Assembly: GCA_030704615.1 (NCBI GenBank)
Contig: CM060732.1
Span: forward strand, 40,920,001-40,984,000
Length of the DNA: 64,000 nucleotides
Reading direction: 5' to 3'
DNA from: Takakia lepidozioides
Lineage: Eukaryota; Plantae; Bryophyta
Shown piece by piece: positions 13,120-25,257 of the stretch. Below the pieces are notes generated by a model. The model was not told the DNA's origin. It did no database searches and saw only the letters and a program-made list of their open reading frames with translations. Position 1 is the first letter of the stretch, and the number at the start of each line of letters is the position of its first letter. A program made the translations under genes and the position numbers.

Positions 13120-14010
13120 AAATCACCACCACCAGCTCTGACAATTCCGACTTTTAAAATATCTCAACTGTAGCCATGACGTTCCCAATTGTTTTTTCAA
13201 ATAAGATCGGATTATTTTATTTATTTTATTCGTACTTTAAGTATAAAATCAAGTCTGTCAACGCTGACGGTCTTTTTTTTTATCTTTTTTTTTGTACAAA
13301 AATCGGGACCGCTAGCTCTGACGGTCTCGATTTTTAGTTTTTTTTTATTTTATTGTGGAGGGGATCGTCAGCTTCTGGTAGTCCCGATTTTATTGAAAAA
13401 ATTTAAAAAATTGGGACCGCCAACTTTGGCAGTCCTGATTTTAATAAAATAAAAATTAAGATTAATAGAAATGTCATATCTGGTGGCCCGATTTTAATTT
13501 AAAGAAATTTAAAAGATATTATGACCGTCATTTTTTGGGTGTCCAGATTTTAATAAAAAAATATATATATATATATCGAAAATTTGGGACTGCCAGCTCT
13601 GGCGGTCTCAATTATTATCCAAAAGAGAAAGAGAATAATCAGGATCGCCAGCTTTGGCGGTCCCAATTTTATCCAAAATCCATTAAAAGAAATTTACAAC
13701 ATTTGGCTCTGGGTCCCCATTTTATTAAAATCGAAGACAAAACCTCCCCTCCGCGTCAATGGCTTCCCTCTTCCTCTAACTCCGCTCGGCAGAATGCAAA
13801 GCATCCCACACCCAGAGAGCTAAGGGGAAGAGTGAAAGTGAGAGCCAAGAATGGCCTCCTTCCCCTTATATGGGCGACCGTTCAAAAGCGGTCACCCAAG
13901 CGCCTTCCGAAGATGTCCGCCACGTGGCGGCCACCAGCGCAATGTGGCGACCGCTGACGTGGCGGTCGCCCGGGCCGGCGGTCCATCCCGCCAAGTGACC
14001 GCTGACACAC
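13120..14010. repeat. Degenerate array of GGGACCGCCAGCTCTGGCGGTCCC-type palindromic units with AT-rich linkers, ending in a GC-rich GGCGACCGC/GCGGTCGCC region
   Basis: About 10 degenerate units between 13125 and 13720; related to the 5220-5780 array and to 8560-9010. Confidence 0.65.
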
Positions 14011-15508
14011 TGCAATGCTACAAGGTCAATCTCGATAATTGATCATTTCTTTTTACTCAATGTGGACGCCCCTGCTTGTCGATGCATATGTTGTTATGCT
14101 ACTTAAGATTGAGCAGGGTTCTTTGTGGTCTTCTTGTCTGTTTTGGGCAGCTCTCAGAGCTCACCTTCTTTAACATTTGGAAAGCTCGCTGTACTTTTGT
14201 CTTTGCAGGAAAATTATTGGATGCTAGGTCTATTCTGCTTAAGACTCACTCAGACGTTGTGTCTGAGATTCGTAAGGCTTGGGTGGTCTTCGAGGAAGCA
14301 TGCAGCCAGAGGAGAAGATCTCAGCTCTCACTGAATTTGACAGAATCTGTGCCAGAGAATCAGATTCAAGAGTCGTTGGTGCGATGACATCCCAGCAATT
14401 TGCTGCTAGCTCCCACAGTGCCAAGCGTTCTCCATATGAGGGCGATGAGCCTAAGGTTAACTGGAGACTCCGTACGTCAATTAGAAAGGGGAAATCAAAG
14501 ACCCACCTTTCCTTCAATAAGTTCATTGGAAAATGACCGCACTTTGCTACCTTCCTTAGTTCTACTACATCATCCCCCCTTTTTTCCCTCTTATCTCGGC
14601 TCTTGGTTGCCTGAAGCAATGCCTTCCCTTATCAGCCTCCATGGCACTCCCTACAGAAGTTATTTTTTCCTCTTGTACTCTTTGGACCTTTTTGTCCCCA
14701 CTTTTTTATAAAGCCTCTTCAAACAAGCCGCAAACCGCCTATGGCTTTGTTCATTGAAGCAACAATTTTGACAAGCTACCACGTGGTTTACACTTGAGAG
14801 TTTGTTTTAGACCAATCATACTCTTGACACGGTGTAAGGTTAGTTGACCATAGTTTCTCCATTGACTTCAACATGATGCAAAGTCTCTGCCCAAAAGGGA
14901 CAAGCCAAAAAACAAAAAACAAAAAGAAGAAAAAGAAAAAACAAGAGGGCACGGCTTGCATTCTGGGATTCTTCAGAGGAATAAATAAATAAAACCTCCG
15001 GTAAAACCTCTGTAGTGTTTGTATCTCAGGCATTCCGTGCATCAGTGTCGTGAGAACAAGAGAATCTTGTTGTGTGCACCTCCAATCCAACACACCAAGC
15101 TCGCTCTACATAAATCTTTGGAGATGCGATTGTGGGCGAGCTGCTGCACAATGAATTGAGCTGCATTGCAACATTGCGTGCTGAGGATGAAAGGGCTGGG
15201 CTGTGGAGCTGAGGGCGGCATCTCCCTTTTCCATGAGACCAGGACGGAATCCCTTGCATATGGTGGCTATGGCGCCTTCAGGGATGCCATGCAAATGGGG
15301 TGACGACACGAAACACGTCGCGGTTTCCTTTCTTGAGGTCGCTGTGTTGTATGTGTAGTATGCGCCGTAGGATCCAGGCTCGGAATTATGTTTTGCGCAA
15401 TTCAGCAGAAACGAAGAAATTCAGGCAGAGAAGTTAGAAAGTGCACTGGATAGTTAGACAAGAAAGTCCGATAATTGGTATATGGGGCGCGTAGGTCAAC
15501 GCTGGATC

Positions 15509-16652
15509 ATGGAACAGGGCTGGCAGGAGTTTTTCAAAGATCCTTCACAATGGTGGGACGGTAGCGTTGACAAAGTGAGCTTTCTTCATGCAAGATGTGA
15601 AGGAGTTTGCCTGATCTCTGGTATGATTATATCGTGTGGACTGGATTGTACCCCTAGTTGCTGAGCGAATTTAGAATCTCGCTTTGATGTGCGGAAATTG
15701 ATTTTACTGTCCGTCCGTATCGTAGGTTGTTCTTCCTGAGCACGGCATGAAAGTAGGATGCGCAACGTCTTTTCCCTGGAGTTTGCAAGGTGCTTGGGGA
15801 GGGTTGAGGCTGTGGCTACTCAGCTGCTCCTTGGTCATTTTCACAGACCACTCCAAAATCTCCAGACTACAGACATAATCATCTGTGTAAGTTTGGACAT
15901 GTTCGTATGTTCCTCCAATGGAGCACAAAGTGACTCGCATGAATGTTGTTGAAGCTCCCTAGCACTCCTCCATAAAGGAACTTATCAAAATGTTGATGCT
16001 GCCGGATTTTTGGGCACTAAGGTCTACCGTGGAGCATGGAGCAGCACTGGCATGAGTTTTTTAAAGATCCTTCGCAATGGTGGGACAACCGCAATCACAA
16101 GGTGTGGCTTTTTTAATATATGATGTGATAAAGTTTGTCTGTTCTGTAAATTTGGTCTGTCATTATCATGATTTGGTATTATTCCTGTTGTTACAAGGTA
16201 CTTGGTAGGGTCAGCTTGGTCTTAGGAGATGACGGTTAAATTTATGGCTGCTCAGCTGCACTGTGGTGGTTCTCACAGACCAATCCGAGATCACCTGACT
16301 ACAGACACAAGCAGCACACACAAGAGGTCATTTCGGGTTGATGGTTGGTTGAGTCCTTTGTGGGTGAAAGAAAAGCTAGCTGCTTTCATGACCCAAGATC
16401 AAGGACAATGTGGTGAGGGCACCTTCTTCTTCAACACCTTTTAGCCTGTTTTCCCCTCTTATCAGAGTCTTCACTAATTTTTCAGGTTGAACTCTGCAAG
16501 TTAGCTCAGTAGGTGGATCTATGGTGGTTTGGAGTGATTTTGACATGTCACTGCCAATGTGCCAATAGGAAAATATCCAAAAACAGATCACAGCGACAAG
16601 GAGAAGAATTGGAATGAATATTTTTCGGACCCCGTTCAATGGAGGGACAATG
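15509..16652 (+). pseudogene. OSB-PDF-motif exons (decayed organellar ssDNA-binding-motif gene), broken by retrotransposon copy 1
   Basis: MEQGWQEFFKDPSQWWDGSVDK|GT (15509-15574), MEQHWHEFFKDPSQWWDNRNHK|GT (16037-16101), ...FRVDGWLSPLWVKEKLAA, GKYPKTDHSDKEKNWNEYFSDPVQWRDNG (to 16652). WxEFFxDPSQWWDNR is the first half of the OSB PDF motif. Confidence 0.7.
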
Positions 16653-19600
16653 GTATGTCATGCCGACACCAGAGGAGATCTTTGATGCCATTGGGCATGC
16701 CAAGGTTTTTAGCACTTTGGACTTACGATCCGGATATCATCAGTTGCCGATCAAGGAGGCGAATAAGCCGAAGACGACATTCTGGGGGATCAATGAGCAC
16801 GGGAAGGATTGCCTATACCAGTGGCGGTTCTTACCATTTGGGCTTAAGAACGCTCCGGCAGAATTTCAGAGAGTCATGGACATGATTCTAGCAGAGGTGG
16901 AGTTTGCTCGGTGCTACATAGATGACATCATCATCTTTAGTGCTACGGTGGAGGAGCATGAGAGACACCTTCAGGCGGTATTTGAGCGCTTGAGGGCGCA
17001 CAGATTGAAGTTACATCCGGGGAAATGCAAGTTTTTCCACAACCAAATTGAGTATCTGGGTCACATGATATATCCTGGAGGATTGGGGGTACAGCAGACT
17101 AAGGTAGAGGCCATTGCACAGATTCCACGCCCCACGGATGTGAGCCGAGTTCGAGCTTTCATGGGGTTGGCAAACTATTATAGACGGTTTGTCAAGGGAT
17201 TTAGTGCCATTGCAAAGGCTCTAACCAAGCTGACCAAGGTGGACCGGGAGTGGCAGTGGGAAGATGAGTAAGAACGAGCTTTCCAAGAGCTCAAGGCGAG
17301 GTTGACCTCGGCGCCCATCTTGAGATGACCTATCAGGGGACGTCTTTTTCAGCTGCATATAGATTGGAGAATGCTGGGGCTTGGAGCAGTGCTCACACAG
17401 GTGGATGATGAGGGAAGAGAGTTCGTAGTGGCTTATGCTAGCCGCTCGAACAACGCTGCAGAGACTAAGTATAGCTCATATGAGGGAGAATGCTTAGCTG
17501 TAGTGTGGGCCGTGGCACACTTCAGGTGCTATCTATACGGCAACCTCTTCACCCTTGTCACGGATCACCAACCACTTAAGTGGTTGATGGAGTCAGACAA
17601 GCTTACGGGGAAGCTTGCATGGTGGGCACTCATCCTTCAAGAGTACGACTTTCAGGTTGTGCATCGACCGGGTTTGGTCAATCGCAATGCAGATGGGTTG
17701 AGTCGCAATCCATGCACGAGCCAGCAGGATGACACTAGAGCTCGGTGGCATGGTGAGACGGACGAGGAAATGGTGCCCGGATGGCATGCATCGGCATTTC
17801 TGTGTATCTTGGCAGCGGAAGGCCAGGTTGGACCTGCAACAGGGATGACTATAGATCAAGTGTCTGAGGACCCTGAGGCCAGCAATGAGCAAGGTGGCAC
17901 CAAAGATATACATGAGGATTCAGCTGTGTTGGACTACCTCCGCACTGGAGACACGGCAGCCTCTGTGACTACCACGGAGAGGGATCGGATCCTACAACAA
18001 GCCAAGAGGTTCAAGTGGGAGGGGACACACCTGCTCCGAGTGTGGGAGGATGGTCGAGTGAGGATTGTGCCTCACCCAACACAGCGGGCACGGTTAGTGC
18101 GGCATGCCCATGAGGAGTTGGGGCATTTTGGGGTGCGACGCACTCATAGTCTACTACAGGGGCAGTATTGGGAGAGGGATCGGATCCTACAACGAGCCAA
18201 GAGGTTCAAGTGGGAGGGGACACACCTGCTCCGAGTGTGAGAGGATGGTCGAGTGAGGATTGTGCCTCACCCAACACAGCGGGCACGGTTAGTGCGGCAT
18301 GCCCATGAGGAGTTGGGGCATTTTGGGGTGCGACGCACTCATAGTCTACTACAGGGGCAGTATTGGTGGCATGGTATGCACCCAGAGGTGCAACAATTTG
18401 TGGCTAGGTGCATGGTGTGTGACAGGGTACGTGCTTCATTTAACGCCCCTACTCCATAATTGCATCCTCTTCCGATCATAGGATTGGGCTACAGGTGGAG
18501 TCTTGACTTCGCAGGGCCGTTGCCATTGACCATGCGCCACAACAAGTACGTGTTGGTGATGGTGGAGCACTTTTCCAAGTGGATCGAGTTGGTTCCATTG
18601 CTTGATAAGGCTAATGAGGGAGCTGCGTATGCATTATTGGATTGTGTACTTAGCCGATTCGGTGCTCCAGCTGAGGTACTCACGGACCAAATGAGAGAGT
18701 TCTTGGGGAGTTTCAGGCGTTGTGTGACAAGGCCTTGGTAGACCACCGCACCACTTCTCGGGATCATCCTGAGGCCGATGGCTTGGCAGAGAGGATTGTT
18801 CAGATAATGAAGAGGGGTTTGCGCAAGTATGGCTTGCAGAAGGAACACCTAGGAGATTGGGATCTTCAATTACCTTGGTTAGCCATGGGCTACAGGTTCA
18901 GTAAGTAAGCATCACTTGCCTCCTTCTCACCATACTTTCTTCTCTTTGGCCGAAAACCGGATTTGTCTGCATCCATTCGTAGAGAAGCTGCTACAGTTCT
19001 CAACCTTGACGATCCGGACATGTGGGCACGTGCATGTGATCAGCGTGCAGAGTTGTTCAAGAAAGTCATGCCCATGGCTTTCGAGAACCTTGTCATTGCA
19101 CAACATCGTGATACGTTGAGGTATGCTACCATACGTGGTGGGGGCTATCGTCCTGGGGTTCGGAGATTTAACCTTGGTGACTATGTTTATCTGCAGCAGA
19201 CTGCTCCTACGACCTTGGATGTGACTGTAGGACGTACTATTTTGAGGGTTCGAGAGGTATTGCCCTCAGGAGTCCTGATCTTGGAGGGTCGGGATGGCAT
19301 GATTTGGAAGGACCATGTGGCATCCACCATGCTGGTGTGTGAACAATGCTCTAGAGGTTGGCATATGGGATGCTTGACTCCACCTCTTGAGATGGTTCCT
19401 GATGGGGATTGGTTATGTCCGCATTGCATTGGATAGTGGTATTGGATACAACCATGGAAGGCTAACAAGAAATGCAAGGCCAAGCTACTAGGAGACCTTG
19501 AACACACGAGATCCTAGCTCAAGTTCACAGATTGCAAGACGGCGACTAACGATGGGGCTACTCTTGTACCCGGCCTCTTGGTCTATAGAGTTTGAGTACA

Positions 19601-20134
19601 ATAGGGACAGTGATAGAGGACTTAGTACGGCTGTGGCTATTACATCTTGTAGCTATCTGGAGTTAGAGGGACCTATCCACCAGCTAGGGGGGCGATTGTG
19701 GCAGACTACTTTATTGTGCATCTATGTGTGGTGTGGTTTGGACAGCGATGTAGTTGTGTAGCGATACGTATGCGCACGACAGCTGTCAAATTAAATAAAC
19801 ACAATGTGAAACTAACTAGAATAAATCTAGTTATTTGTATTTAACACTTGGATTTAGTTCAAGTGTTAAGTCAGGTGTCAAGTTTGAGCTTGACACCTGA
19901 ACCATCTTATCTTCACGAGAGCGTCAGTCGTGCGGCTCATCTCTCTCGAGTTGAGCCTGCACGACCGAGCTCCTTCACTGCTTAGAATCTGAGTGTGTTT
20001 ATGAAGGGAGAATAGGACGTTGTGGGGTGGACTCCCCATAGCTTGGGGTGCCCCTGGCTCGACTCTTAGTTTTAATGAGTGATTGTGTTGTATTGAGTGT
20101 TTCTGTGTCAACAATGTGAATCTAGTTTCCAATC
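16652..20134 (+). mobile_element. Ty3/gypsy-type retrotransposon copy 1, 5'-deleted: RT-RNaseH-IN-(half PHD), PPT, repeat B (19697-19781), GC, repeat A (19784-20134)
   Basis: LDLRSGYHQ, LPFGLKNAP, CYIDDII; RNase H YASRS...EGECLAVVWA...TDHQPL; IN HEELGHFG...CMVC, WSLDFAGP, VLTDQ, DGLAER; MLVCEQCSRGWHMGCL...WLCPHC. Roughly 90-95% identical by eye to 41674-44790. Confidence 0.95.
17976..18365 (+). repeat. 195-bp in-frame tandem duplication within pol of copy 1
   Basis: 17976-18170 and 18171-18365 are near-identical (ERDRILQ.AKRFKWEGTHLLRV...LLQGQYW twice). Confidence 0.95.
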
Positions 20135-20283
20135 CCTTCATGAACATTTCTGGCCTCTCCTTGAGCAGATTGTCACAAATCCAAACTAGCAGCATTCCAA
20201 CTGTCAACTTGGCGTGGCCATTGGTGGGGCTCACATCGACCTCGTGTTTCTTCTTAGACCCAAACAGCAGGTCCAGCCCACCT
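20135..20283 (-). pseudogene. URM1: URM1 (ubiquitin-related modifier 1) exon fragment with its upstream intron acceptor
   Basis: After TGTGTAG|: GGLDLLFGSKKKHEVDVSPTNGHAKLTVGMLLVWICDNLLKERPEMFMKG matches plant URM1 (GGLELL...LIKERPEMFMKG). The first exon and the C-terminal GG are absent. Confidence 0.85.
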
Positions 20284-20419
20284 CTACACACAAAACAAGC
20301 ACCCACAATTTGCCAGATTGAGAGGCTCTAGCGCCAGAATAGAAACGCCAGAACACAAAAACTTCACGTTATGCCCCTTCAAAGAAGCACCTCCGCTTCC
20401 CTCTGGCAAGCGCACAGAT

Positions 20420-20855
20420 TACCAAGTTATATTCTAATAGTGCTTTAAAAAAAACATCATATCTAGCTTAGCACTAGAAAACTGGATAGCTCATCTATCT
20501 CGAGTGATTGGAAACTAGATTCACACTATTGACACAGAAACACTCAATACAACACAATCACTCATTAAAACTAAGAGTCGAGCCAGGGGCACCCCAAGCT
20601 ATGGGGACTCCACCCCACAACGTCTCATTCTCCCTTCATAAACACACTCAGATTCTAAGCAGTGAAGGAGCTCGGTCGTGCAGACTCAACTCGAGAGAGA
20701 TGAGCCGCACGACTGACGCTCTCGTGAAGATAAGATGGTTCAGGTGTCAAGCTAAACTTGACACCTAACTTAACACTTGAACTAAATCCAAGTGTTAAAT
20801 ACAAATAACTAGATTTATTCTAGTTAGTTTCACACTGTGTTTATTTAACTTGACA
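20420..20855 (-). mobile_element. Inverted 5' end of the same retrotransposon family: repeat A (20855-20505) plus primer site and leader
   Basis: The reverse complement starts TGTCAAGTTAAATAAAC and matches 19784-20134. It is followed by CTCGAGATAGATGAGC...GTGCTAAGCTAGATATGATG, as at 33964-34046. Confidence 0.9.
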
Positions 20856-21599
20856 TGGCCTTTGGAGTGCAATCTGTTTTGGGCTTGTTTACCTGCCACA
20901 TCAACGGTCAAAGCCCTTTTCAGGCCCAAAACGTAAATGAGAGATCTAAGATATTTTTTGTAGGTTGTAACTTTTGTTTTTTTTCAAAATTTTTTTTTGC
21001 ATCATACTCGAGACAAATCCCCTGTCATTAAAGCTTCAGGAGTGGGGCCCATCAGATTAGATCTGCAAAAATTTGGTCGAACTGCAATTCAAAGTGACCC
21101 GATTCAGGTCGCTTGGGAACTTAAGGGTTAAACATCTAATTTTCAAATTATTTTTATTTTATTTTTCATCATCAAGCTTGACCAAAGATCACCAAAAGGT
21201 TACGTGAACTTCCCGCAGGTGGGAATGTTAGTGGTCTAGAGTGCGCTCGAGTTTTAGAGTTGGATGTCGAAAGTCTTGTACCAACTACCAACCCCACGAG
21301 GAGTAGACATAATGGATTGAAGCAAAAGTAGAAACAAGCAGTCTCTTTGCAATATTGCTTATGAAAAGCTTCGTGATACAACTGTAGTAGTATACGGATA
21401 GCTTGTAGAGTCCAGCCTATAACCAACAACGAGTGGCAAAGCAGATGATATGGATATATACCTAAGCTGTCAGACTAGCGGAAACCAGCCATCGGCGAGA
21501 ACCTGGTTATTCATAATCGTCCACATGTCAACTACCATTGTACATCCAAATTAACAAAGATACTATTCAACTGATGCACAGCTAACTAATAACTTAGTA

Positions 21600-23400
21600 G
21601 AATCCAACACTCCCACTCATCAGGGGAATACTCAATGATAATCTTCAAAACACAACACAAACCCCCACTTCAGTGACGGGCATGGGAAGCATATGGAGTA
21701 TGCTTTTGAAATGAAGAAACTTCTCAGCTGGCAGTGCTTTGGTAAACACATCAGCAATCTGATTGTTGGTGGAAATGTAAATCAACAAAATGAGACCAGC
21801 CCTCTGTTGGTATTCACAATGAACATGAAATTGAATGTCAATGTGCTTCATCCTCCTTTGAAATTCTAGATTGGCAACCATCTTAATAGCACTTTGACTA
21901 TCACAGTTGAACAGTACGGTATGACCAAGTTGAGAAAAACCTAGATTCTCCAATAAGTGCTGGTACCATACAATTTCTTTGGCAGTTAGACACGCTGCGA
22001 TGTATTCAGATTCGGTTGTGCTGCTTGTCGTGCAAACTGTCTGCTTTCTAGATATCCAAATAACAGGTCTCTGATTCAAAAACAATGTGCAACCACTTTT
22101 GGATTTTATGTCATCATCATCGGCATCATAATCGGCATCTGGATAGGCAATTACCCGGTTTGGACGTTCTTTGCTGCATGAATATGATATAGCAAAATGA
22201 GTTGTCCCCTTCAAATACCGTAAGATCCGCTTGATAGCAGTACAATGTATGCATTTTGGGTTAGAAGAGAACTTGGAGATAGTACTTACTACGTATGCAA
22301 TATCCGGGCAGCTTCCAATCATGGCAAGCCACAAACATTATGCACCCAAAAATTTCTTGATATGGAAAGTTGTCTTCTCTTTCCTCTAGATCATCATCAC
22401 AAGTGGCAAATAACTATACATTCGGGTCAGACGGGGTAGAGACTGGATGATAAATTTTCTCGTAGCTAAAACGCTTAAGCATCCGCAAAATATACTGCGT
22501 CTGATCCAAGTATATGGTTCCCTACGCTTGATTAATTCTGGTGATTCGTAGTCCCACATAACAGTCAGCAGATCCACCAGTGCATTCGAACACCTTGTCG
22601 AGGTATGCCACCATATCATCAAGTCAAGCTGCTTGAGCACAGCAGCCAAGGCCATCATCTACATAAATCGCAGTGATAAGTTTCGATGGGGAGGTACTAA
22701 TTATGTACACACAGGGATCAACAAAAGTGGCTTGGTATTGAGTTAAGAACTAGTTGAACTTTACATTTTAGGCTTTGGAAGTTTGTCATAAATTACCATA
22801 TAAACTCTTCAGTAATCGGCACACTTGCTTTCCTTTGCCAGTAGATACAAATCCTTGCAGCTTCTCCATGAAAATTTCTTCCTCTAGATCATCGTGAAAT
22901 AATGCAGTCTTAATGTCGAATTGCTTCATCTCCATGTTTTTCGCTGCTGCTATTGCCAGTACCGTTCTAATAAGACTTATACTGCGCGATATGAGCATAA
23001 GTCCCTGCAAAGTCAATCCCTTGCTTCTGAGAGTAACATTTTGCAACGCCAACCCTAGCCTTGAACTTGGAAATCAAGCCATTTGAATCAAGTTTTACCT
23101 TGGAAACCCACTTGCTCTTAATTGCTTTTCGACCATCTGGTAGATCAACAATCTTCCATGTGTTGTTCTTCAATAATGAATCATATTCTTCTTTCATATA
23201 GTCTGCTCTCATTGTCATATAGAGAGCATTGCCTCATTGCCTCATTGTAAATCTGAGTCTCCATCGGCAATGATTCGGTAAATCCTACAAACGAGTGATG
23301 TGTCCCTCAAACAAGTGCCCAATCACCATAGTGTTGCGGAGGTGCTCTGGTACATTTTGGTAAGCGTTATTCGGTGTCATTAGCAAGTTGTGCAAAGATA
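21600..23400 (-). mobile_element. Ty1/copia retrotransposon remnant (RT + RNase H, PPT, start of 3' LTR)
   Basis: MKEEYDSLLKNNTWKIV...KSKWV...FKAR, QFDIKTA...LEEEIFM, LLKSLYG, YVDDG, PDIAYVV...KRILRYLKGT, DADY, STTESEY, KHIDI, QIADVFTKAL. Purine tract GATGAGTGGGAG then TGTTGG at ~21609 on the minus strand. Many frameshifts. Confidence 0.9.
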
Positions 23401-25257
23401 TTCAAAGGCACACACTCTAGTGGCAAAAATAAGAAAAGTCCACTAGTTCAAACTTTTCAGCACTGATACAGGATAATTGGATAACCGCACATAGATTTAT
23501 AAAAGAACATTATAAATGAGTCAGAATTTGATACATTGTAAGGCAAGGAAACCATAGTCGCAAGACGTGAAGCTTCCTTAAGATCCAGAGCTTCAGTACA
23601 TAATGAGCTATGGAGAGCAAAATGCACTCGTAAAGGAAGCAGGAGGGTACCAAACATAGTATCAGAGCCTGGGGATGTGCCGAATTCAGCTGCAGAATAG
23701 GTAAATGTGTCGATTCCACTTGTAGTAACCTGCTGATAACCTCAGGTCCTTGCAAACAATCGCATCATTTTGGGTGGCAAACAGAAATGACCAACATTTT
23801 CTTCTCATTCCTTGCATTCACATACGTGTACAAAATAAGACAAAAGATTTAGGGATCCTGCTATCAACCAACTGTAAGAATCATGGAAAGAACCATGCGA
23901 TGAGAGGGCCGCATCAGGTCAAGAAGAAGACGAACCTCATCATCATCGCACCAGGCTTAGGTTCTTGGTGTTCATCTTCAGCAAAAAAATCCCAATAGGC
24001 TTTGCAATCAGAAAAACCTTGAGAATGAATTACACACATGCCCACCCCCAATATGATGATGGATACGAATACTCATACAAATACTATGACAAATATAAAC
24101 ACAGATACAAATACATACTTGAAATTTGTTTTTACAATTTGCGTATTGGCCCCCAATGTTTTTGTTTTTCTCTTTCATCATTTTTATTCATTTTTCTCTC
24201 CCCCAATCAGGTAATAATTTGATTTTAATGCATTTTTGTGGAAAAAATGAGGGAGAAAAAAAAAAGCTTTCCCTTGCTTCATCGTCAAAATTAATAAAAC
24301 AGTGATATATAAATATAATAATAATAATAATAATAAAATACGGAAACTCAAAATTGAGTGTGCCCAAAGAAGCCAGATCGTAGGCCACGTGTCGAGGTTC
24401 TAATGGTTAAGTAAAAGATCACATTTTGATGCTATAATCCCATAGGAAAACAATAAATTCGTCCAGACTCACAGTTTCATTCGTCCAGACAGATGATAAG
24501 CCCTAGTATGTTTGGGTACCGGAACGAAATTGTGGTATCAAATGATAGATTTCCCAATTGATACCCCACAGATACATTATGTCCGTCCAATATCTCTTCG
24601 TAATTATCATCCACCTTTCCGTGTCCTTACCTTTTCAAATCTGCAGTGGAGACATTTATCAAATGTTTTTTAATTCAAAAATTAAAAAACATATTATTCA
24701 TTAACTGTGATATATTTGTGAAATATTAAGCTATTTAATCCGGTTAAAGTTTTACTTCAAATTATTTGAGGGAATAATTACACGGAGGGTTTGGACAGCG
24801 ACCGGCGAACAATATAAGAATCCGCGAGATGGTTACCCTTGGGAGTACTCCGAAGAGATTTTAGTAGGCATCGTTGGACTTGCCCTCATTGTTCTCGGAA
24901 GGAGAGCAAGAGTCACTCTCATTGCCTCGAAATCACTCGTTTCATTTGCAAGCTGTCTAAGGCCAAGTAGAGGACTACAGCTGCAAGATCGAGCATGGAC
25001 GTCTGCACAGTAGCTCTCAAGTTTTGACATCTATCTCGTGGATTATATTTTTCTATTTGTAGCTTGTTGAGAGTCTGTTTTTGCTGCACTACAATAGAGT
25101 GATTTCACCACTGAAAATGCCTCATATTGATCAGCAATTGTTGAGTTTTACAGCTCGTTGTCAGGCTTGCATTGAGCTACTAGTCACTAATTAATCAGTA
25201 CCCAAATTTATTGGAATAGTGCAGAACCTCACACAAGGTTATCAGCTTGCTAATTCT

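Noticed and set aside
19498-19761. 87-aa ORF identical in both retro copies (also 44226-44489)
   Set aside because: Non-ATG start, spans the 3' UTR, PPT and repeat B; the identity is explained by conservation of cis sequences.
19878-20306. Functional URM1 gene (142-aa ORF)
   Set aside because: Only one internal exon is present; the ORF runs into reversed terminal-repeat sequence and lacks the C-terminal GG.
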